DNA of 64,000 nt from the NCBI RefSeq assembly GCF_039654945.1, contig NW_027361783.1:13392001-13456000 (forward strand), written 5' to 3'. Under the pieces are notes generated by a model. It saw only the letters and a program-made list of their open reading frames with translations, had not been told where the DNA came from and did not search any database. The position numbers were made by a program, and so were the translations under genes. This DNA comes from Dendrobates tinctorius. Its lineage: Eukaryota. Shown piece by piece: positions 26,190-36,558 of the stretch. Positions within the stretch are counted from its first letter, which is position 1. Every line of letters starts with the position of its first letter.

Positions 26190-28605
26190 CATGGGTGATA
26201 TAGGACTACTCCAGCACCGACAGAAGAGGCATCCACTTCCAATATGAAGGGCTTATCCTCATCATGGCAATGTAGCACGGGAGCCCTAGCGAAATGAGAC
26301 TTCACAGAAGTAAAAGCCTTGGAGACCTTCTCTGACCACAACTTGGTATTAGCTCCTTTATTGGTGAGGGCTACCAGAGGAGCTACTAAGGTAGAGAAGT
26401 GAGGGGTGAACTGGCAATAGTAGTTGATGAACCCCACATAGTGTGCTGCACCGCTTTAAGGGAATGTGGTTCCTGACAGTTCATCACGGACTCTAATTTG
26501 GCAAGATTCGTGGCCAATCTCTTGGCCGAGATAATATAGCCTAGGAAAAGCAAAGACTCCTGCTCAAATGCACACTTCTCTAATATGGCAAACAGGGAAT
26601 TGGCACGCAGGCGTTCGAAGACTTTAGAGACATCCTTTCGGATGGTATCAATATCTGGAGAGAGGATAAGAATATTGTCCAGATAGCCAACTACCGAAGT
26701 GGATAACAATCCAAAAAGATGTCATTAACAAAGCCTTGGAAGACAACAGGAGTATTACAGAGTCCGAACGGCATCACCAGATACTCATAGTGACCGTTCC
26801 GTGTATTAAACGTGGTCTTCCATTCATCCCCCTCACGAATATGTATCAAGTTGTACATGCCACGCAAATCTAACTTGGAAATACCCTAGATCCTCGCAGC
26901 CTGTCAAAGAGCTCCGAGATGAGAGGTAGAGGGTTTTTGTTTATGATGGTAATAGTGTTCAATCCCCTGTAATCAATACATGGACGCAGTTCCCCGTTTT
27001 TCTTCTGAACAAATAAGAACCCAGCCCCTGCAGGAGACACTGACCTCCTAGTAAACCCTCTCATCAGATTCTCTTTGATATGTTGAGACATAGTCTCAGT
27101 CTCCGGGAGAGATAGATGGTAAATACGTCCCCGGAGAGGCACAGCACCCGGCAAGACGTCTATAGGACAGTCATATGGGCGATGAGGGAGAAGGGTCTCC
27201 GCTGCTCTTTTGGAGAACATGTCTGCATATTGCCAAAAATGTTTAGGGAGAGGGGTTAGATCTGCGGTGATCTCTGATGTAGCCACCTGAACCTGAGCCC
27301 CCAGACATCTTCCCTCACATGACCCAATCCATCCTAATATGCTCCCTGTAGACCAGTCAATATGAGGTGAATGATAACGTAACCAGGGTATCACTAACAA
27401 TACCTCTTCAATATCATAAGGAATGACCAACAACAAGATTATCTCCAGATGTTTTGGAGACATGGCCAGAGAGAGAGGAATGGTCTGATGTGTGATTTGT
27501 GAGGGAAATGCGAACCCATTTACCACTCGGATGGTAACTGGCTTGGTGAGCATCAATAGCGGTATTGTGTGCCGTTGAGTGAAGGCAGAAGACATAAAGT
27601 TATCTTCAGCCCCGGAGTCCACACAAACCTCCATAGAGTGGGTGGTTGAGCCATATGAAAGAGTCACCCTAAAGGTTAACTTGGAGCACAACGCCGCCAT
27701 GTCTAGTGAGCCTCCTCCAATAGTAACTAGATGCGGTCGTCCCTGCCACTGGGGACACTTGTTGGCATAATGACCTGACTGCCTACAAACATGGCAGATT
27801 GGAGGTGTGTGGGCGGAACGAGACTTGGATTCCACTCAAGAAACCTCCATGGCCTCTATTGGTTCATTAGCCTGGGCCGGAGATTCCAGAGGCTTGGCGA
27901 AACTTGGAGCCAGGAGAAACCTCTGCCTATGCCGGGCTCGCTCCAACCTTCATTCTGAATATCGAAGGTCAATGCGGGTGGAGACTGATATCAAGTCCTC
28001 CAGCATGGCAGGAATCTCCCTAGTGGCCAAGGCATCCTTTACATGACCAGCAAGCCCCCTCCAGAAAACTGGGATAAGGACCTTATCCGACCACTCCAAC
28101 TCGGATGCTAGAGTCTGAAATTAGTTGGCAAAATGGCTGACCATGGAAGAGCCCTGAGTTAGCGCCAAGAGTTGGAGCGCGGTGTCATGGGTGACCTGAG
28201 GTTCTAAGAAGATCGGTCTCAGAGCACTCAAGAAGCAAGATACGTGACCTGGTTATTGCGCTCCCACAGCAGCGTAGCCCACTACAGTGCCCTGCCCTTT
28301 AATAAGGAGATAACAAATCCCTCCTTGGCCTGTTCAGAAGGGAAACATGACACCAGTATCTCCAGCTGAATGGCATACTGGCTCACGAAAGCCGTACAGG
28401 CCTTACTATCGCCCGTGAACTTATCGGGTAGGGGGAGATGAGTGAGACATGGAACATGGATGGCAGTGGAAACCCCAGACACAGCTTCACTGGCTGCATG
28501 AGCCGCTACTATGGTGACATCCACTGCTGTAGTCATGCTCTCAAGAGCGGACAACCTGCCTTCCAGCTGCTGAATGTACCGCTGTAAACGCTGCTCGTCC
28601 ACCAT
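26190..28605 (-). pseudogene. Gypsy gag-pol, disrupted
   Basis: [22 protein letters not shown] knuckle, [23 protein letters not shown] and FILEVDAS. Confidence 0.92.
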
Positions 28606-28613
28606 TGCCCAGG

Positions 28614-29503
28614 TGTTGTGAACACTCTTAACCTGACTTCTGAGTTTGGGCTCCCTCTGGTGGTGGCTGAGGGTAGTGTAGCTGGTCGGGTTGACAGAAG
28701 TCCATCACCTGAAGACGATGAGTGGAAGTCAGGTGTTACAGACTGGGAAGATTTAAGTGAGCAAGCTTCCCTCAGTTGCTGCTGGTGATTTGTTTTTCTT
28801 CCTGTGCATCTTGAAGTCTGCTTGTCCCCTGCTTGGTCCTGCACCATTCAGCTAAGCTATTTGTTTGCTGGAATCTTTTTGCATTTCATCCAGTTTTGCC
28901 TTTCTCTGCTTTCTGCTTTGCTGTGTGGGTTCAGCATTGTTCCCTGCTGGGACCAGTGCTGGACCCCGCTCCATATGCCACAGCTTATGTCAGTCTTGTC
29001 AGTATTGCTAATCCCTTGTTATAGCAGTGTCTTTGGTTTTCCTTCCAGTTAACACCAAAATGCTGATCTAGTGAGGGAGAGGTTGTGTGGCCTCAGTATT
29101 TTTGCATATCAGACATGTTGGATTTTTTAGGGTTCTTGCGTGATTGCAGACAGTATCTTTTCTATCTTGTGCTATCTAGATAGTTTGGGCTCCATCATTT
29201 GCTTACTCTATTTTCTGCCTGTGTTTGTGCCTCATCTTGTCTCATCGGCAATAATGTTTGGGGGCTATCTATTCTTTTGGGGTTCTGCTCCGGGGCAGTT
29301 TAGCTGTCCCCTTTCTTGCTTTAGGCTTAGTTAACACTTTGGCCGTGCCAAGGCGTCTAGGGCAACGTAGTTACGTCCCATGGCTAATTTTAATTGTGCT
29401 GTTAGGTTTAGGGGTCTGCAATCTGCTAAGTTGCCAACCTTAATGGTGTTCTGGTTGCCTAGCTTATTTCCCGGTTATCCTCCTCGGTGACCAAATCAAA
29501 ACA
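28614..29503. mobile_element. Solo LTR of a second family, inserted between the Gypsy primer site and gag
   Basis: tgttgtga...tcaaaaca ends; flanks cccagg/ccctgg; homologous along its length to 56348-57226 in inverted orientation. Confidence 0.85.
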
Positions 29504-29520
29504 CCCTGGTGCTAAGATAC

Positions 29521-30394
29521 TGTTAGGGTTTGTGGTTCGCACCAAATGTAAATTATGAGAAGATGTAATCGCAACCTGGGGTCCACCATGTGGTGATTGA
29601 AAAACTGCAGCTAGAGGACAATGGTGAAGCGTAGCTACGAGCAAGCACTGTAAACACACCGACTTATATGTCACTCAATGTGAACAGAGTGCAATGTGCC
29701 TGACTCTGCTATGCCACAGAGCAGTACCAAAAGTGGGAGCACTCTAAGCTATGCCCTGCTAGACATCACAGGAACATAGAGGAATTGAGCCTAGTGGGGT
29801 CCCTATAACTCACCCCCTACTATGCTGGTGACTGAACCTGTCCTGACACCCAGTGGCTTTTGAGCCCGCGCCTGAGGATGCACGGTGCAGATGCTAAGCT
29901 CAAGCGGGAGTTTCCACCCTACGCTGCCTGTCTAGAAACACACTCGTAGTGCTATTAGCAGCACACGTGCATACAGGGTGGTAACTGGCCCACCAACACA
30001 CACACAGCAAATATGCATGATCTTAGCGCACCGATGGGCACGCCAAAGATTCTTTTATAGACAATGCCAATCAGACAGGACCTTGCTCGCGGACCATTCT
30101 GGAGCTGGCACAGGACCTGAGCAGCTGACGACTGACCACCAATGAAAGGTCGCCACCTCACAAGCATGCTCAGTAGACCGAATCCTGGACTTAGCCTCAG
30201 GAACGACTGCTCACCGCTGTCTATTGCAAGTTACCATAGCTGAACCTGGAGAGGCAGCGGTAACAAAGCACACAGCCCGAGTCTGAGCAAGACGCTGAGC
30301 AGCATCTACTGCAGTTGAGACTGAATGGGAGACCACAGAAGAAGATAATGCTTGGGATCCATCCTGTAGAGAGGGAGGATCTTGGCGCCTAACA
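29521..30394 (-). mobile_element. 5' LTR of the Gypsy element
   Basis: tgttagg...cctaaca inverted termini; minus-strand tataaaa at ~30059; related to 32883-33168. Confidence 0.85.
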
Positions 30395-30433
30395 CATAGG
30401 CTCTCCTACTGAGCACTACACACTTCAGCCTTA

Positions 30434-30839
30434 AGCCCCCGTTACACACTGCGATATCGCTAGCAATATCGCTGTAAAGTCACCGATTTTGTGACGTAGC
30501 AGCGATATTGCTAGCGATATCGCTGCATATGATACTTACCTCCGACCAGCTCCCCCGCTGGTTATCGCTGATCACGCGAGAAGCTCCTTGACCATTCCTC
30601 GTCGGCCACTTCCTGCTGCGCTTCCTGTGGCGCCAACGAGCAACGTGTGGAGCCGGGCGGGAGGACGCAGGATCGCCGCGTCTGACAGGTAAGTAGCGAC
30701 CCCCGACCCCAGCGATGTCGCTGGTGAGATCTGCCTGTGTGGCAGCTCACTAACGACCACCTAGCGATGCACCAGCGATCCTGACCGCGTCATATCGCTG
30801 GTCGGGATCGCTGGTGCATCGCTAGGTGTAACGGTACAC
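30434..30839. mobile_element. Non-autonomous Harbinger derivative
   Basis: ccgttacac/gtgtaacgg TIR cores, tta flanks, and the same agcgat/atcgct subterminal arrays as the 7.4-kb Harbinger. Confidence 0.8.
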
Positions 30840-31074
30840 TTAGGTGTTTTTAATTACAGCAGGATCCTACCTTCCCATATAAATGTAGGGTTTAGCCTAA
30901 GAGATGATTCATATTACTCAGGTTCCCAGCAACAAGAATCACCTTATTGTGGCTGCCTGGTACATATGAATTTCGTGGCACACCCACCGAAACATTGAGT
31001 GTCTGCGCTTGGTTTGATCAGTCATTCTCTGATGACAGATTCCTTTTAAACAGGATATTTACCATGCAGAATTA

Positions 31075-31451
31075 GGCTGTGCGCCCACGTAGCGTTTTTT
31101 AAGCATTTCTGCAGCACTTTTAGACAAGAGATTCTGCTGCAGAAACGCTTAAGAAAAGCATCCAATTGATTTTTAATGAAAAACACACATGTTGTGCCAA
31201 TGGTGCGTTTTCAACCGCTGCGGAAACGCTTAGCGATTAAAAACGCAGCATGTTCATTAATTTTGCGGAATCGCATGCGATTCCGCATACCATCAATTAT
31301 ATTGGCAAAAACGCTTAGGAAAACACATACAAAAACGCTTGGCAAACGCTTACAAAAGCGCGTCAAAAAACGCATGCGTTTTAACGGGAGCAGGGTGTGC
31401 AATTCTGCTGAGGTTTATTCTGCTTCAGAATCGCTACTTGGGCACATAGCC
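31075..31451. mobile_element. Tourist/Harbinger-like MITE
   Basis: ggctgtgcgcccacgtagcg...cgctacttgggcacatagcc with TTA TSD. Confidence 0.85.
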
Positions 31452-31744
31452 TTACAGTTCCCCTCAAAATAGTGTCTAGGAAGTTGTAGTTAGCGCTACC
31501 CAAAAAGTTGATGGTCAACAGATTAAGAGATTGAAAGATTCCCAGGATAGAAGGCATATGGTTGTTATTGAAAGTAGAGTGGCTATCTTGGTCACTGATA
31601 TTTTTTTTTTTTTAAATGTCTGAAATGTATTTTTGTACATTTTGATTTATTTGGTTATTATTCTCACTTTAACAGATAGAAATAAACAATAAAGATGGAA
31701 ATACCTATGTTTTTCATTTGTTCCATCTTCACTCTGCATGTTAA

Positions 31745-32882
31745 CCCCTTAATGATCACTGATACGCCTTTTAACGGTGCCAGTCAAGGGTACTTATTCC
31801 TCAGTGCCTCTTTTTAACAGCGCTGAGAAAAAAGGTTATAGCGTTTCCAAGCATCAGAAATTTTCCGGGGTCTCGGCTATGAGGGGTAGCTGAGACCCCA
31901 GAGAAAATTATTTGGGTTTGTTTTTACCGATCCCAGTGTTGCGATCACGGTTATTCATGGAATAAGGGTGTCTGCAAAAAAAGCCCGATTTCCCATTTAA
32001 TTTCTCTCTCCTCTAATATGATCTAGGACATCAGGGAAGAGAGAAATGAGGTCCCCTGAGCCCCCCATGTAACTTTGTTGTCCCTGGACTTGCCTACATC
32101 CCAGTCCTGTCCGCCGGCCATCGGCATATTCTTCCGGGAAGAAAATGGCTGTCACATATGTAATGCTGGCTGGCACCCGGCAACAATAGAAAATTTTTCC
32201 TATTGGTTCATATTGATCACTGTGATAACAGTGATCAATATAAAAAAAATAGTACATTAAGCACCCTTTATCACCCTCTTAGTTAGTCAAAATATTAATA
32301 AAAAAGCATTTACTTCCACTTTTCCATTAGGGTTGGGATTGGGGCTATTGTTATGGTTGGGGCTAGAGATAGGGTTAGGGTTAGGGCTAGAGTTAGGGTT
32401 AGGGTTGTGTTGGTGTTAGGGTTGTGTGGGGGTTAGGCTTGTGGTGTTGGGTTTAGAGTGGTGCTGGGGTTAGGGTGGTGATGAGGTTAGGGTTGTGGCT
32501 ATGGTTGGTATTATGGTTAGGGTTGGGATTAGGGTTAGGGGTGTGTTGGGGTTAGGGTTTTGAATAGGGTTATGGTTAGGGTTGAGATTAGGGTTAGGGG
32601 TGTGTTGGGGTTAGGGTTGGCGTTAGAATTGGGAGTTCCACTGTTTAGATACATCAGGGGTCTTCAAACTTGCCATGGCACCCACCCCTTGATTCAAGTC
32701 AATTTTCATTCAAAAAGTCAAACAGTGCTTCCTCCCTTCTAGCCCTGCCATGCGCGCAAACAGTGGCTTTCCCCACATACGTGGTATTGGCAAACTCAGT
32801 AGAAATATTTTTGTGAAAAAAGTAAAATGTTAATATTTTCCTTCCACATTCCTTTAGTTCTCGTGAAGCTCAATAAACTACT
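31745..32882 (+). mobile_element. Left part of a probable piggyBac-like non-autonomous element
   Basis: Begins ttaa|ccccttaatga, with an internal hairpin ggggtctcggcta...tagctgagacccc; the right end was not found. Confidence 0.5.
32326..32632 (+). repeat. Degenerate (TTAGGG)n telomere-like tract
   Basis: Many gggtta/ttaggg units mixed with variants. Confidence 0.85.
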
Positions 32883-33168
32883 TGTTAGGCGCTGGGTTCC
32901 TGTCGCTGCACAGCAGGAATCCCAAGCCTTGCATGGTCTCCCATTCCTCTTTGGCCGCAGAGGAGGCTGCTCAGCAGACTCGTTGATCCCGGCGCTCTGC
33001 TCAGACTAGCACGGTGGGTTTGGTTGCTGCTGCAACCTCTGGTCCAGCTATAGCAACGCATGCTGGTCAGCAGCGAGCTACTACAGGGACTATGACCTCC
33101 TTTCGGTCTACTGAGCATGCCCGTGGGACAATTTCTTATTGGAGATCGGAGGTCACATGCTCAGGTCC
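32883..33168 (+). mobile_element. 5' fragment of an LTR related to 29521-30394
   Basis: Starts tgttaggcgc; shares tggtctcccattc, tcggtctactgagcatgc and tgctcaggtcct. Confidence 0.8.
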
Positions 33169-33966
33169 TATAATGAAAAACTAGACCCTCAACTTAGAGA
33201 GATGCTTTTGGTGTTTTTTAATGCAGTCCAAAATAAAAAGTTTCGGCCACATCTGGCCTTTATCAATTACAGACTGTTTAAAAGTGTTGTGGATTCATGG
33301 GAATCTTGATTATTTAAGGCAGGACACATCTCAGTTAATGTGAATTTGTAGACTTGGGGGTACTGTTGCATAAACCGGTGGTGTAGAGAAAGTGCTTTGT
33401 GCATGAATAGTAAGGGTCCAAAGAGAATCACTGTCTAATAAGGTCCCAAAAGGTGTTACCTATGTCTTACTGGATATCAAACAAAACATGTCACAAGGAT
33501 GTCTACTGCCACTTACCCATGTCTGTTGTAAATTGGAGTGCCCCATGCAATTCCGATGCATGTTTCACCACGGCTTTCTCAAGGGGAGGTGTTTGTCATG
33601 TGCATACCGGATGGAATTTATAACTGCAGAGTCCCAGGTGGAGCCACTTAGGCAGCGCATGTCGGGTAAAAACTGCACCGCTATCGCACAGCTGACCATT
33701 GCCATCAAAGTGTCATGCGCATTTGGGGTATGGACATAACCCCCTGACATCAGTACCATGCGCGTGACACCTCAATTGATGGCCAGAACTGAGTGTACAG
33801 GCATACAGCACACCAAACATGCGCATAGCGTGGCATTCATCTTTCCAGAGCTCAACTGGAGGTGGCCATGTTTAATGTGTCATAATACATTGGAATATAT
33901 GCTCTACTAGAGGAAAACAGGGTGAAAAGAAAAAAGGGAAATGTAAAGACAGTACCAGGACCCTAA

Positions 33967-34330
33967 GGCTATGTGCACACGCTGCAGATTCTGCTGTCGA
34001 TCCACAGAGGTTTTGGTCCTGCGGATCCCCAGCAGTTTCTGCTGCAGTGTACAGTACCATTAAAATCAATGCAAAATGAAAACCGCTGTGCAGACAGTGC
34101 AAATTTTTCTGCGTGGATTTGCTGCGGTTTCAAAATGGCAGCATGTCAATTCTTTGTGCGGATTCCCCTGCGGTTTGGCTCCTGCTCCATGGCAGGTGTC
34201 AAACCGCAGGGGAACCCTGCAGGCTAAACCGCAGAAAAACTGCAGATAAACCGCAGGTCTTTTGACCTGCGGATTACCTGCGGTTTTTGACAAATCCGCG
34301 CGGATGAATCCGCAGCACGTGCACACAGCC
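33967..34330. mobile_element. Tourist/Harbinger-like MITE
   Basis: ggctatgtgcacacgctgc...gcagcacgtgcacacagcc with TAA TSD; ccgcag/ctgcgg motif arrays. Confidence 0.88.
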
Positions 34331-34656
34331 TAAGTAAGTGTTTTTGCTAATATGAAAGGGAAATAGGAAATCAATTGACAAAAGGTCCATAATAGAACCG
34401 GTAGAAAATCAAAGTAGAAGATTAATAGGTGAGCAAAATATGTAATAATACATCATATAATCGAAATCAGGAGATCACAACAATATCAATATCCAACAAA
34501 TCAGTGGTATAGTGTGAATAAATTATTGCTATTATAAATACAACAGAATCTAATTTGTATGGGGGCGTGGCTTAGCTGTGATGGAGTGAAGAAGCTGCTT
34601 TCTAGTGCTCCTGGGACCTGGAGATTATACTTCACTTTAACTCACCCACAGGGTCC

Positions 34657-35900
34657 ATGTGTGCTTCCAGAAGAAGGGGAACTGGTTCCAGCAACACTCC
34701 GATCCCTTCCCACCACAAAGAAACAGCCCTGACCCACATGTTACAGAGCAGTATGCTGAAGGGGAAGCCAGCAACAGCCTCAGCAATGGTGTCCAGCACT
34801 GTGAGACCACAAGGTATATCAGAGGAGAAGTCTGTGGGGAGTCAGGGAAGGAGTGCTCGGGTCTCACCTTGGGAGGGTAACTCAACCCCCCACCAGAACC
34901 CAGATTCAGTACACACCAAGAATGCAGCAGACCAGGGAGATAAAGCTGGTGGAGATTGGCAGGGAGAGACCCAGGCACAAGGCAATGGAACAATACACTG
35001 CAGCCCCATCCATGCAGTCTTCCAGTCTGACTTCCACAGCCTGCAGGAGCTGATCAAAGCCCTTCCTACTAAAGCAGACATAGACTCCCTAATAGCTAGG
35101 ATAGAAGTGTCACAGGAAAGGGCAGTTTCAGCTCTTAGAATTATATGGACACACTATCCGCTCACACGGCCTCAGTTGAGGAGCCTACGGCGTCACTATC
35201 TGAGAGGCTGTCTTCTCTGGAGCGGGAGCTCTCATCATCACAGGCAGGACATGATACTGTTGCTGGATGACCAGGAGAATCGTGGTCGACGCAATAACAT
35301 GCGCCTCAAAGTTATACCTGAGAGCGTCACCATGGATACCTTATCTCAAAAAGTCACGGCCATCTTTAACCAAATTACGCTACAGAGACTCCTTTTGTGT
35401 TTGACAGAATCCATAGAGTCACAAGTCAGGAGCCTCCTTCCAGCAGGAACCCCAGAGATGTTCTGTGCAGAATGCACTACTTCTCAGTGAAGGAGCTTAT
35501 CATACGTAAAGCTTAGATTTCTGGGCCGGTCTCCCTGGAGGGAGTGGAGATCCGTTTGTTTCAGGATATTTCAGCTCGCACCTTGTTTATGAGATGTCTG
35601 CTTCGGCCAATACTGCAAAAGGTCAAGGAGTCTGGAGCTACTTACCGGTGGGGCCACCCATTCCATCTAAACGTATGGAGAGAGGGCTCTGTCCTCACCT
35701 GTAAACACCCAGATCAGCTCAAGGATTTGTTCAAATTTTTGGACATACTGTATCACCATTCCCTGTACCAAATTGGCTACAAGTTGAGCGTCCTCAGCCT
35801 CTACCTCAGAGGGAGAGGAGGAATAGGGGCAGACAATCTTCCCATGTGCAGGAAAAGGAGAAGGCTGATTTTGCGACAAGTTCCACTCCCTCTGATGCTC
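34657..35900 (+). pseudogene. L1 ORF1, frameshifted; end approximate
   Basis: DQENRGRRNNMRLKVIPE, IRLFQDIS and YRWGHPF motifs. Confidence 0.85.
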
Positions 35901-36558
35901 CCATCTGACACTCTGCTGCAAATCTTGTATGGCTATTATGAGGTTTCCTCCCTCCTGTCTGATGAGGTAGACTTGGAGGGAATTATTTAGATCCTGTCCC
36001 ATGGGACTGCGGCTTAAATGCTTTTGTTCATCTAAAATGCCTGAGTTTAATATATCGATGTGTAAACTTATCTTGGTCCCCCCCTCCCTCCTCCCCCTTG
36101 TTCTGACTAATAAAATTGAATACTCTGTGATTTGGAAGAAACCTGTGGTTATATTACCCAAATTGGAGTTGGGTTGGGTTCTTGTGGGTGAGTAGTATTA
36201 TCTTATCTTGCTCAGTTAATGTATGTTTTTATGTCCTTTGTCCGTCGGGGCACTGCCTCACGGTTTTCTGTGTTCCCAAAAGACTTGCAAGTCCAATTTG
36301 GATTTGCTAGGTGGCTCTTTGACCTCGTTCTGTTCGGGGTGCGGAGAGCTCACCAGTACTACTGGTGGAGGAATTTTCCTCCATTCTTCTTTTTAGCGTT
36401 TCGCATTAACTACCTTCTACTTTCTTTCCCTATATTTGCATTTTTCTTTTCCCCCTATCTATTCCCTTCTTACCTTCACCCCTCCTCCCACCTGCCCATT
36501 CCCCCCATACACACACGGGGACCCACAGCCTGCATTCACTATGCCTCATGCCATCCCA

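Larger units (their letters stand above)
26190..30394 (-). mobile_element. 3'-truncated Ty3/Gypsy LTR retrotransposon (5' LTR, gag, protease, RT, partial RNase H)
   Basis: LTR followed by gag and pol motifs; integrase and 3' LTR are absent. Confidence 0.92.

Noticed and set aside
30955-31000. Possible hammerhead (gtgg-cacac-ccac-cgaaac)
   Set aside because: No CUGANGA box and no convincing stem I.
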